Of a stretch of 64,000 bases of DNA, positions 39,615-52,600 are shown one piece after another (the first letter of the stretch is position 1; the number at the start of each line of letters is the position of its first letter). Under the pieces are notes generated by a model, which saw only the letters and a list, made by a program, of their open reading frames with translations, was not told where the DNA came from and did not search any database. The position numbers and the translations under genes are program-made. This DNA is from Takakia lepidozioides (Eukaryota > Plantae > Bryophyta), in assembly GCA_030704615.1 (NCBI GenBank), contig CM060733.1:7316001-7380000 (forward strand), given 5' to 3'.

Positions 39615-42600
39615 ATGAGTTCCCCTCGCCCATGCGGAGGACTTCCAATTAATCACCCTTGTAGACAGAACACCCGAGATGACAGGTTGTGGGAAAGAGA
39701 AGTGGCACGTGCCCGAGCCCTTGGGCTTTCAAGGATGCCATGCCCATGTGAACGTTGTTTGGGCACTACAAGTAGATCTGAGGACGGTGTGCGCACACAT
39801 CTCCTTCACCACAAAAGACATGAAGCATTTCGGGTGTGGATTGGAGATGGACCTGCAGACGAAGACGATGAGGAGTGGGCACAATTGGACAATGCACACC
39901 CCCGAGGGAGCCATACAGACAGGCCAGACGAGGACTATGTCATGGGCGCAGGACATGAACCAGGCATGGACGGAGGGGTGGAGATTACTCGAATGTTGCA
40001 GGAAGCATTCCACATCATGGACGATGCTGAAGAGGGGGACGGCGCTGCGACAACTGGGGATGGTGATGACGCAGGAAATGAAGGCATTCACGTGGGGGAA
40101 GGCGTGGAAGGAGGTGGAGATGGAGAATTGAATTCTGCACACATGACACTAGAAGAAGCATGTGTGCCACTGTACGAGGGATGCAAATCCACAAAGCTTG
40201 CTGCCACCATGCTGTTGATGAACCTGTGCACAACCCACGGTGTCTCAGACCATTTTGTGGACGAGTTGTTCTCTTTGCTTCGGCTGAACTTGCTTCCACA
40301 ACCAAATGAAATGCCAAAAAGCTGTCACATGGCCAACCAAATGATTGGGAAGCTCGGCCTCAACTACGTGAAAATACATGCATGTCCAAAAGGACATGTA
40401 CTTTTCAGAAGAGAGTACAAGGATGCTATGGAGTGCCCCAAATGCGGTGCAGCCCGATACCATGATGTGGGCAGGTTACAACAGCCAGCCAAGGTGTTGA
40501 GGCACTTTCCCCTTATCCCCCGTCTATTACGAATGTACAAATGCAAGACCATTAGTGAGCTCATGACTTGGCATTCCAGGAATGCCTCAAACGATGGTTT
40601 GGTAAGGCATGTCCCAGATTCCCTTGCATGGAAGCATATAGATGCAACTTGGCCCGATTTTGCCGAGGACCCACGCAATGTGCGATTGGCTGTATCTACG
40701 GATGGAGTAAACCCATACGGATCAAAGAGTTGCACATGGTCCACATGGCCCGTGCAGTTGGTGGCATACAACCTGCCACCATGGTTGACAACAAAGAAAT
40801 TCTTTGTCATGTTGTCTCTCTTGATTCCAGGCAAGGAGTCCGTGACAAATGCAAACATAGATGTGTATTTGCAACCATTGATTGAAGAGCTACAGGAACT
40901 ATGGATTGGAGTTGAAGCTTACGACATTTTGAAACCAGTAGGGCAACGGAGTTTCACCCTCCGTGCCATACTCATGTGGTCAATCCACGATTTCCCCGCA
41001 TATGGCCTTGTTGCGGGTTGCAAGACGAAGGGCTACAAAGGGTGCCCCATTTGTGGGCCCTATGTGGATTCACGGCACTCAAAGCCACTAGGGAAGACAA
41101 TATACATGGGGCATCGACGTTACCTTGCAAGAAACCACCCCTACCGACGAGCAGGAAGGCACTTCAATGGATGTGTTGAAAAGAGAATGGCACCAAATGT
41201 TGTGACACCGGAGGAGACATTGCAATTTGCAAAGGAGAAAAGGGATTTGCCATACTGGAAGGTGCATGAATCCCCCCCCCCCCCATTCACTCACTTTCTT
41301 TCACATTGTGCTTCCTGGAATTACCTTTACTGTCAGGAGTCCTTCCACCAACTCCTAAGTCAGTGTAACTACTATGCAGTAGATGTTGAAGTCGTACACC
41401 TCACTGTGGAGAGGATCGTGGAGTTGTTGAAAGCAGAATGTAGTAACATGGACAACTTCTGCCACATATTCTACTTTTTTGGCCCATAGAACTTGGTGTC
41501 ATGGGAGGACATTTGGCATTTCAGAACCTCTTGCAGCGGTACCTCCTGGACCCCATGCATTGTGAGAAGAACTTCTGCGAGAACATTCTGAAGACTATCT
41601 TTGGGGAGAAGGATACGATAAACGTACGAAAGGACATGGAGATTGAAGGGATACGGTCACATCTGTGGCTAAGGCCTGATCCAAATAGACCAGGCAAAGT
41701 GCTCATGCCAGCAGCATCATACGTCCTGACCAAATCAGAGCAAGAGGATTTTTTGAAGACATTGGGAGCCATGAAAGTGCCAACCGGATTCTCGGGTGCT
41801 TTCCAAAAGCATGCCATAAACAAGAAATGGTCGGGGATGAAGTCACATGATCTACACGTGATGATGCAACAGATTTTGCCAGTGTGCATTCGGGGTACGA
41901 TGGCGCCAGGTCCTCGAACAGCCATAATGCGTGTAAGTCGAGTGTTTAGGAAGATTTGTGCGAAGGTGTGGGATCCGAGGGACATTACATCGTTGCATGA
42001 GGATGTGGCTATGACCTTATGTTTGCTGGAGAAAGAATTCCCTCCATCATTCTTTGACGTCATGACGCACTTGCTAGTGCATCTTGTAGAGGAGTTGCAT
42101 GTGTGTGGGCCCGTAGCCAGCCGGTGGATGTACCCCATGGAGAGGTACATGAAGGATCTGAAGGGGTATGTACGCAACATGGCACGGCCAGAGGGGAGTA
42201 TGGCGGAGGGCTACATCCGCGACGAAGCCCTGGGCTTCATGACAGAGTATATGTCTTCATTTGATGCAATACAACGACGGGTGTGGGACGAGAACGAGGA
42301 AGAAGGAGTTGTAGGCGAGGTCCTAGAAGGTGGTGGAACAAAGCGTGCCATGAGCCCGCGCCTTCGGGATGTGGCACATGATTATGTGCTGAACAACACA
42401 ACAACCATGACACCATGGAGACAGTGGGTGCCAACTTACATCCCTCCTGTGCTATTCTTAATGGTTTTGTATGCTGGAATTACATATATATTGTCACAAG
42501 TCATTCCGGCCACTATGGGAGTGGGATCGTGTACTAACAGGGTGCTTCAGACGACTACAGAGGGTGTTTCGTAGATCTTGGTTGTTGCTTGCAAGTGATT

Positions 42601-43607
42601 ATGAAGTAGGCTGCATCACTACAGTGTGCTTGAAAGGACACACACTCTGCATGTGGCATGCATGTACAGCACGGTGTTGGTCAGGGGGACTGAGTTGCAG
42701 CTTCTATTTGGTTTCTGCCAGAAAGTACGCAGCGGAGAAGGTCCGCCTGAAAATGGAACGGAGTGCATTTGCAAAAGCATGGCGGAGGGGCGGTCGTAGG
42801 CGCAGATCCCCGGTGGAGTACCCCACAACAATGGAGGAGCTGCAGCCCTTTACAGTGTGGGTCAGATCTGCAATTGCAGTGTATGCATCAGAGAACGAGG
42901 ACCCAGATGAGGGCATGGTGAGTCTGTCATTCCCCCCAGGGCTGATTGCCACTTCGTACCGGTCAATGAAAGCATATGGCAATCACTATAGAGTGGACGA
43001 TGCCAACACCAGCCTCCTGGTGACTTATGACAACGGAGTGGCATCATTTTTTGAACAAGAGAGTAGGAGCTGTGCACGAGATCGGAATCCAATTTCATGC
43101 CATGTGCAATATGTAGGAGTGATCAAAGAGATCCTTAAACTAGACTATGGTCTTGTGAAGCCAATTCTATTCCGTTGTTCTTGGGTAAAAGCCAATATGG
43201 TAGGAGAGAATGCCACCATGAAACGGGATGAGTACGGGTTCCTCCTTGCTGATTTCAGAAAAATGCTACCACAAGATGAAGAGTCATTCATCTTCCCATC
43301 GCAAGTTGAGCAAGTTTTCTTTTCAGATGACACCCATGCGCCGGGATGGAAGGTGGTTCTTCACAAGGACCCCTGGGCCAAACGAGTCGTGGCCGACGTC
43401 CATGATCTGGACCTAGGGGAGAATGCCGACCACGAGGGTCTGAGGGAACCACGAAATCTACCAGATACGGCCGAACCAGTCTCTTTGGAAGGAGCAATTA
43501 CCTTTAATGAGGAAGACATTCCAGGGTTGGTAATTACCGCAAGGCAAATTGCAGATGTGGGTAGTGAAGGGGAAGATTATTTGGATACAGATAGTGAGCC
43601 CAGCTGA
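39615..43607 (+). CDS. CACTA/En-Spm TnpD (Tnp2) transposase, spliced, near-complete
   Basis: CPCERC..HL (transposase-associated domain); IHACP..CPKC; RNVRLAVSTDGVNPY..STWPV..YNLPPW; WSIHDFPAYG; LPYW; intron 41262-41524; LDPMHCEKN; MKSHD; FPPSFFDVMTHLLVHL..GPV..WMYPMERYM..PEGSMAEGY; final exon YVGVIKEIL.LDY..LFRCSW..FIFPSQVEQVFF..WKVV. A short deletion appears to lie just before LPYW. Confidence 0.95.
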
Positions 43608-44267
43608 ATCTCAGTGTCCATTAAGCCAGCAGCTCATAGACTCTATGCTAAGGACTCTTACTGTCCTTAGAAACCATTTTGTACAGTCCTACAAGCGCGC
43701 AAGGGCGAGACAGTTAATAGTATCAATAATGTCCCGGTATGTGGTCCGTACTGTCTTGTGAACAAACCTTTTTTTGTTCTGCCAATATTGTTTCTGACAT
43801 GTGAGGAGAGGATCGTCTTCATGTACGAGAAGTAGACGTGAATGTGTGCATGCATTTTCTGGCCCAGCTGCATGCTTTCCAGGAACAAAAACCAGTGGAA
43901 TGGGGGGTGTCTCCAAAGGAGCAGGACCGAACGACACCTTTTTGTGCTTCCCTTGCTTTCCTTCTCACCGTTGTTGCATTCTCCCACCTGCCCAACAGCA
44001 GCACTCTCGAAGCAATGCCGTGCAAAACGGTAAACATTGCCTGAAATTGTGGAGCAGAAAATGGAAATGAAATTGCAGTACTGGTAATGTTGTCAGCCAC
44101 ATGCTTCCTCAGCCCAATCCACCAGAAGTTCAAAATGGAAAGAAGGCACATCCAGCAGCTGCCCAACCATCTCACCGTCTCATTCGCTCCTTGTAGACAC
44201 AAACATGCCCTAGTTCATTATATGGATTGCAGGGATTCCAAGAATATGGTGCCTTACCTGAAGTCCT

Positions 44268-46260
44268 TCAGCCGGTGTACAACCTCTTCCTGCTCCTGGT
44301 GGGAGACGGCACGGATGGGAGATTGCCTATGTAGCCATGCCTCTCCATAAAGTCTTTGTACCATGCAAGTGACTTTCCATTCCCATCATCCACAGTAGTC
44401 ATAACTGGGTCTTCACCAGGGTACTGAAGACCCTCCTCCATCATGGCAGTCAAGTCCAAAATCTTTCCCTTCGTAGCTCTCACCAATGCAAGAAGATGTT
44501 GTTGGAGGAATTTGTTGGTATCTGTCAGTTGAAGGATACTTTCCCACTCTGTAGAGATAAGGGCAAGTAGGTTGGGCAATGTACTTGTACCAGCGGATGT
44601 TTTGTGAGCCATAGAAGGGGAGGTTAGACCTAGGGGAGTTCGTGAAGACAAAGGCATGGAAGAGGGGGACTGATGGGCGGTTAGCAAGTTGTGGAGGCCA
44701 CCTTTACATGTGCCCAATAGGGATCCGCACAACTTTGCAATCAGCCCGTCCTCCACATGGGGGTGGAGCATCTTCAAAACCTTTACCTGGTGTGCACACA
44801 TATTTCCTTTCTGGGCCCAATGACAATCACAGCAACCCCACTTAGAATCCGGATTGTGGACAGTATATGTCATACCCAAATGGCGGTGGCATTGAACTGT
44901 TGCAATGCCTCTAGGTGTGTCAGGCAGGTGCACATTCGCATCTGGAATGTTGTTGGTAAGCAAAATAGAAGTACAAACAAATCCCTCCTGCCGCTTGTTT
45001 CGGATGAACCCATAAGCCTTCACATGTGACATGTACCAATAATGGGTTAGCACATCACCTGTCAGTTCAGAGATGAGTTGGAATCCACCCGCCTACTACC
45101 GAGGATGCTTTTGGTGCTCTTCAATTGCGCTTTAAGGTTCCCGTGGTATTGCAGCATTAGTATCTTGAGAGGCATGAGGTATGTTCCGGGATCCCTTCAT
45201 CCACATTTTGGCTTTTGGAAGCCACTCTCTCTCCATGTAGGTGCAAAATTTTGTCTCAGAAGGGTACTTCTCCCGCAGGTCCAGAATTTTGAATACGGCC
45301 CAAACAAATGCTCAAACACGGCCATCGTCGCATAGTTGCTTGTGATGCAACCTTTGGGACGAATGAAAAGAAGGTTGCGGCAGTTTCTTAACCCAAATGT
45401 CCTCAAAGCTTGTCAAATTATGTTCTTCATGTGAACTTTTCTGTTCTTGTACCATTTCCTTTGAACTCACTTCAGTTACACATGATTATTGTTGCAGTAC
45501 CCCTTGTATACCATGATGGTATTCGACAACTGGCTGAATGGTATTCCAGTGGCTTACATTATCACTGGAAGGTGCAAAACCATCGATCTTAGGCCTTGGA
45601 TAGAGGCACTTAACAAACAAATGACAAGTCTGCAGGTAGACTGGCATCCGAATGCCTTTATTGTGGATGACGCAGATGTTGAAATTGCTGCAATTAGGTA
45701 CGTCCATGAACTGAGACAATATACCTACCATGATCTCTTAGTTACACATGAATTTCAGTTTATCTGCCTGATAAGGGAACAGATCTGTGTGGGGGGATTG
45801 TGTTGTTTTCTTGTGCTTGTGGCATGTTCGCCGAGCCTGGCAGAAGAATGTTGTAGCAAAGGTGAAAGACCCAGTATTGCGAGCGGCTATATTACAAGAT
45901 CTGGCACAGATCATGGACGAGAGAAAGGAGACCTATGGGGATCGAGGGAAGACATCAAGAGGGGATGCATGTGCAGGTTTGTAGTGAAGCAATGCTATGT
46001 GGACCCTGATATTGCAGAGCTGGTTTATTATGAAAAGAGACATGTCAATGGGGCTGGAGAGGTCTGCCATGGACCCACTCAGCAACTAGGTCGTATTTCA
46101 TTACCTCCCCACTTGAGCGATGACATGAAATCCTGGGTGTTACATAACCTACGTCTAGGACTAAGCATCAACAAGATAATGGCAAAGCACACGTAGAGGG
46201 TGAGGGATATCATGGATGGGGGGTTGGAGGTTACTCGTGATACCTTCCTTCTTTTAATTG
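44268..46260. mobile_element. Rearranged Mutator (MULE/SWIM) transposase remnant in three pieces
   Basis: Minus 45160-44268: NAAI..YHGNLK..RRVD..HYWY and SWIM CDC..CAH. Plus ~45300-45920: CDATFGTN, YPLYTMMVFD..GIPVA, FIVDD, LCLWHVRRAW. Plus ~45935-46260: KRGCMCRFVVK..H..CHG (N-terminal domain). Confidence 0.8.
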
Positions 46261-46376
46261 ACATCCCTGACTCACCGTCCACTTCCAATTATGAGGCTAT
46301 GCCTCTGCCTCTGTGTGCGGGGAGGGTCATGAAGTATTTCTGCAAATGTTCCGCCATGGCACAAATATACGTATAA

Positions 46377-46378
<2 letters not shown>

Positions 46379-46411
<33 letters not shown>

Positions 46412-46419
46412 GAGAGAGA
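46379..46419. repeat. (AG)n microsatellite
   Basis: Near-pure AG run of about 40 nt. Confidence 0.95.
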
Positions 46420-48399
46420 CCTTCCCATTTTGGTTGCCCCGAGTTAATTGAAACGATGAGGGATATTATTGATCTACATGCATAGAGTTTATAAGGCGCA
46501 CACTAGAAAAGGCTCGGGAGTTTAATGCGAGCCCTTCGGTCCTGCCTGCGTGGCACCCCCCTCGCCCCCCACAGCCCCCCCCCCCCCCCCCCCCCGGTGC
46601 CCGCGCGGCTTGCGGTCGCCGAGCCCGCCCCCCGCTCTGCCGCCCCTGTGCTTGCTGCTCACTGTAAGTTTGGGTAATAACCTCCGGTCTGGCGGGATTG
46701 CCTACTTGTGGTGTGATTCGTGATCACTTTAGTTTGACTTTACCTCGAGTGCTTGACCTGAGAGTCCTGTAGCTTCAAGCTTGAGCACGTATCCTGGTTG
46801 CAAATCTTACATAAAGTTTTGGTGCTTTTGGCTTGGTTACTTTAATGATTTTATCGTCGTGTAATATGTAACGATCTAAGATTGGAGTTATCTCAGAAAT
46901 CAAATTCGTATGTTATCACTTATCACTAACTGCCGCTGGGTGAAAAACTCCTCGTGCCAAAATTACAAACCACAGAACTCAACGAAGAAACTGCTTAAGG
47001 CCGGATCCCCAATGAGAATTGTGACAAAAAACATCGGCCAGATAGGTGCCACTTGGAGCATTATGGCTCTGGTCCATGGAAGCCTTGCTGCCTACCAGTG
47101 CACATTCTCAATTTCTTCATACAAGTTGCGTTAGGCTCCAGCCAATCTTAGCTTGCTCAGTATCAGCTTCAGGATGCAGGGTGACGCCTAAAGTGCATAA
47201 ACTACCCACCCTATTGGGCAGTTGTGACTTTCAGAAGGCCTCTGTGCCTCCGTGCAAGCATGTCAGAAGCAATTGTGTTTGTCATTTGAGATGTTTCTAT
47301 GTGCAGCTGCACACCGCAGGCCAACACGACCACACATGCACCATCATATGTCCTCCCAATATAATTCACCTAATTAAGCAGAGATTTGTTCCTTGCAACA
47401 CGGCTTTTAGAACATCATCTGGTCTAAGATATCTTAGGGATTAAGTATTATTATCTTCGTGTGGCCACCGTTGGTTCCCTAAGGTGCCCTATTATGTAAG
47501 GCATCCCAAACCAATGTTCCACAGCTGCCACCATGGGCTGCCTAAAGAGGAGCAAAGTAAAATTATACAGAGCACGATATTAGCAAACATGAGGCACATT
47601 CTGTCGCCAAAAGGTGGCGCTTGAAATGTCCAAATCCCAATAGATATGACCCCATTGAACAGTAAACGTGGGGTTTTCATCCAACCCACGTGAGGTCAGA
47701 CACTGGGAATTGGCCGGCTAAAATGAGAGAAATCGAATATTTGCTACTAATAAATCTTCTTGCTGAGTCACCTTCGGTTGCCAAAGGTGACACATTAAAT
47801 GCTCAATTTATGCAGATTTGTCAGTATTGAACAACATGTGGGGTTCGATGAACAGACATGTCAATAAAAGTTCTCCTACTTTTTGGTGTACCATGCATTT
47901 CGCATGGTTTTATAACGAATTTCCTCGGTGTCCTGGAAACATTCTACCTTTTTTGCCCTGAACAATGGGTTTGGGCCCCACCTCCGTTTTCCAAAGGTGC
48001 CACGAAAATACCGCATGGACTGCGATGCAGTGGAAATGGCACCGAGAACTGAGATTCGAGAACCTCATTGCGATTGTCTTTCTTCCACCTATGGTTGAAG
48101 GAGGTTGCTCCGGTGATGCTACACAGTGCAATTGTAGTGTGCACAACTGTCAATTTTTCTATTAATTTCATGATCGTTCTGAACCTCAATGCCATTGGCT
48201 CTACCACCTATGGTAGACGAAGGTTCGTTGTGTGATGGGTTATCAAGGAATTGTTCTTAAGTCGGAAGAAATTTAAATTGTTGAAAGATGTATCTTTCTC
48301 TCTTACTTCGAATTGTCTTCCGTGATTTCCTTGATATCTATGTGTTGAATGTTATGACTTTTTTACCGAAGTTATTCCAAATTCCTGCGAATACGTATT

Positions 48400-49369
48400 T
48401 ACTTCGAAGTGAATTAAATAAATATATTGTGTGTAATTACCTAATATCAATAAATCAAATGTGTTGGGGTGCAATGAAGCCCTCATGTGCAGATGTTGCT
48501 CATCGGCTGTTATGGAAACCCTCGAGCATGCCTGCTGCATTGCCAAGCACCTGCTATTCTCTGGCCCATAATAAAAAGTTTCTACAGACCCTGGAATCAA
48601 TGCTCTATATCCCAAATTCACATTCTTCTAAGCTATGACCAGAGCTCCAAATCTAGAGTGCTACCCTGCCCAGTATTTGACACTCTTCGGAGCTCAACAC
48701 TCTGGCACATTTGGAAAGCAAGATGCAATAGAACTTTACTCTGCTAGAACTTGTGGAATATCTGCCCTGCTCACCAACGTTTACCAGGACCTTCAAATTG
48801 AGGGCTTGATAAATACTGTGTGCAGATGTGAAAGAGCGCCACGATAGGCAGGTGCGCTCCACAGTACCTTTACCTCGACATGGGGGAGGGAGGGCATCCT
48901 ATGCTACAGCTCCAGCCCAGACAGCTGCCTATGGAATGTCCTGCCCCCGACTGCCTGGAGGGACATCCGCGGCACCGTCCAGAGCATCACCGGAGTTTGA
49001 TAGAGACATAAATTGGAAGCATATCAAGCAGTCATCAAAAGTCTCAAAGTTCAGCTTTCGCTAATCACATGGCTACTTGGTAGTCCGCAGAAAGCGACTC
49101 ACAACTGCACCCCACGCTCTTAACGAATTCGGATGATTTTCTCAATAAGTGACACTGATCTTCTTGCATAAGTTTGGTTTTAAGGCCGTGGGCCTTGGTA
49201 GATTGTATCATACTCGGAATGAGTAGCAAGTTCCCCCCTTCACTGACGACGGTGTGTGTGCCTTATGGTGTAATCGAGGGTTTTAATTTTTTCCCTCTAA
49301 TAATTATGAAATAAAGCTTCAGGGTCTCTGTCCCTGTTCTTCAAAATAAAATAAAAATAAAAATAAAAA
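48400..49369 (+). mobile_element. L1-type LINE 3' fragment with A-rich tail
   Basis: ETLEH..C and STLWHIWKARCNR motifs typical of the L1 ORF2 C-terminus; ends in an (AAAAT)n-type tail at 49343-49369. Confidence 0.6.
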
Positions 49370-49400
49370 TGTGTAAATAGTATATATACATAATACATAC

Positions 49401-49431
<31 letters not shown>

Positions 49432-49686
49432 CCTCATAATATATTGTAGAAATGTATGTTGGTCTATCTATTTATTAGGCCACAATATTGCGGAAAGCTG
49501 TTAAGGACACACTCAGTTATTTTTTATCATCATTTATTATATATGTATTATAATGTCTGCTTTGTGATTGGTCGATATATTATTTGTTTTCTTCCTATGC
49601 CTGCTTTATATATATGGCACTAAAACCATACCCCCCGCTTATTCTTGCGCTCTCAACAGGAATCTGTGCCGCTTAACCTAACGTAA

Positions 49687-52600
49687 ATGGAGCAGGACAA
49701 TACCTCAAAACCTCAGCGTCGATATTCGTTGAGGAGCAACTGTATTGCCAGCACCGCTGTGTCTGGAGAGCAAGGTGTGGTTGGTGGCCGTCCAAAGCGT
49801 GGCTTGCGCACTTGTTCAAAGGAAATGTCGCAGGTTCTCTTACGTTTTTCTCTTGTTCTCGTGGTGGGGCTGTGCGTGTTCCTGTTTCATTTCTTGTCGC
49901 GTTCACTGTGCGTGTTTCCTCGCTGTGGGACCGTGTTCGTTTTTACTTTCTTGGTCTTTGTGTTTCCAGCGCGCATTGTTATGTCTTCTGCTCCATTCCG
50001 CTAAGGTCCGTCATCTCCCTCTCTCAATCCCCTTCTTTGCACGTTCGCTGAAGCAGCACTGAAGTCGGCTGCATGGATAGGCTTGGGGAAACGACAACAA
50101 CGGCCACATACTGAACCCTGCTGCTGTTATAAAGTGTTCCTTGTCGCTTCTTCCGTAGGCTTCGATCTTTGCTGCTATTTCATTTGTGGTTAGGAAAGAT
50201 AAAAAGATTCATCCCGTTTGCATTTTGTGATACAATCACCTTCGCAAAGATCCTAGTTTAGATGAGCGTTTATGTCAAAGGTTTGTGTTCATTTTCTTTC
50301 TGTTCATGTTTCCAGCCTGCATTGCTATGCTTTGTTGTGCCAATGGCTTTGTTGTTTCTAAGCTTTGCTGTTTGTTTTTGTTTTTGCTCTATCTTTTTAT
50401 TATGCTTGTTGTTCATTGTGTGCAGGATTTGGAGGGAGGCAGCCGGTTTTCAGACTGAGGTCTTAGCACGCTATTAGAGAAAGCGGACATATTGCAGGAT
50501 TGTTTGCCGCTACCTCCTATCGCGGATGGCATTGTGGAGGATCTAGATGGGGAGTTCTTAGCCACCCCTTATGTCGATCGCTCCATCGAGCCAACTGTGA
50601 GCGAGCTCGACCGCGTACACCTTGCAGCTCCCTCGAAGAAGGCCATCGCAGGTGGAGGTGAAGTAGTCAAGGCTATTGGGCATCGTGGGCAGTGGGAGTC
50701 GTCTTACAGGGGCCCTCAAGCTTCTTTGTCTCCCCACAAGCAGGTCTTTGCGAGGCCAGATGTGAGTATTCTGAACAGCCCGGTTATTTCAGTTACTGCA
50801 TCAACCATGGATATGCCAGCATCAAACACACATTCATTGTACAATGAGGAGGAAGTCCCTGCGGTCCCCAAGCCCGCTGGGCTTGCATCTGCAACGGAGG
50901 AGATCTTGGATCAAGGCGATGCCATGAAGCAGTTGCTTGTGCTAGAAGACCACAACACAGGAAATTTGCAGTCCGTGGTCAACAAACTTGCGATAAGTTA
51001 TTCCACCTTGCTTCCCAAAGTGCCTCTTTGTAGGATGATCTTGAATCCAAAAATTAGACCGATTGTAGGGGAGAATGCGGGAGATGCATTGAAAGATTGT
51101 TTTCTTACGAATGGGTATGTGGAAGGGCACGGGTATTTTTATTTGACACCCACCGATGAGATGGAGAACCCCGCATTGGTCAATTCTCATCAGCCTCACA
51201 CTCTGCATCAAACTCGTCGCTAACCTGTTGCCAGTGTGCACTCCACCCTGCTCGGATCGTCATGGGTGAAAAATCGTATGTTTTACGTGTGGGATGGCAA
51301 TCACCGCCTGCACACGTGGTTTAAATTGATCAATACTGTGAAGGCAAAGGAGAAACAATGGCATGTGCGAGTGCAATCTAAAATTCTTCGATGCCAGGCG
51401 AACACAATCGGCATGCTCAAAGCTGCCATGTTCCAAACAAACGCATAAGCTACTTGACTTGTAGCACATGACTTGACTGTTAAGGAATTCCAATTTCATC
51501 TTCATCATGTCCGTACTTCAAACTTCTTGTGTTGCGTTGCTTGCAGTATTAATGAGAAGGCGTTTGTGAAGACCGAGGACATACACAACCTATGGTATAT
51601 TCAAATGATAGGTACTAGCCCAATAGAGCAATACAAGGGGCTCCTCACCAAGCAGCATTACGAGAAATCTCTGGCCAAGGAGCCTGGGAAAACTTGGTAT
51701 ACGATGACCCAAGAGGCTATGATTGAGATTTTGGCGCATGTGAGTTCCTCTTACATTGCACTTCATGGATTACTTGTCCGTTGGAATTGCACAGTTAAGG
51801 TGGTCCATAAGATTCGCTCACGAGGATTGTTTGATTGGCAAGCAGGCGGACATCATGAAGGCCATTGCACAAGCTAAAATAAGGCACGATGCCGATACAC
51901 CAGAGCAAGAACAAAACCGTGACGGGTTGGCGGTGGCCATTGTTGCAACCAAAAACAGTGCAAAGGCGAAGGCATCTAAGCAGATAGTAAAGAAGTTGTC
52001 TGTTTGTGATCCCGGCAACGGGTCCAATTTCTTGAAAACTCTACAAACGTGTCAAGAGGGGGGGGAAAGAGTGGGCTTGGAGAGAGAGCATATTTGATTG
52101 CGACTTCTGAAGTTTCCCCAGAAGAAAAGCAAAGGTGGTTGCAGCTGCATATTGCAGCACCTGCCCAACAGACATAAGCTTTTTTTCCGGGGGTGGAGGG
52201 GAAGATCACAGACAAGATAATGGACACGTGGCTGTCCAAAGAGACATGGTGGTTTCAGGTCATGAGTCTTCCCCCTACGATACTCATGTAGTAGTTGTAT
52301 GTCTTTCTTTATGGACTGCTCTCTAACACCAATATGATATCCACAGGTAACAACAAAAGCTATGGAGCTGCTCGGCAATATCACGGATTTCCCTATGGAT
52401 GAGGGAACTGCACCTCCCTTGGACCGGTGGATACAACAATGGAAGAAGAAGGCATACAAGCAATTATTCCTATCGGAGATTGAATCCCATCGCCGGACAA
52501 TGCTGGTGTCAGATGACTAAGGCGGCCCTCGTGCCGCTAAAAGACTGGTTTACAGGTACACCTTTGTCCAAGCTCCCACCTCCGTTCTCTTGGTAGTTCA

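Noticed and set aside
39729-42180. Long antisense ORFs over the TnpD gene
   Set aside because: Shadow frames of the transposase coding sequence.
46501-46520. CACTAGAAAAGG as left TIR of the second CACTA region
   Set aside because: Position is suggestive but there is no partner TIR or TSD in the window; cannot be supported.
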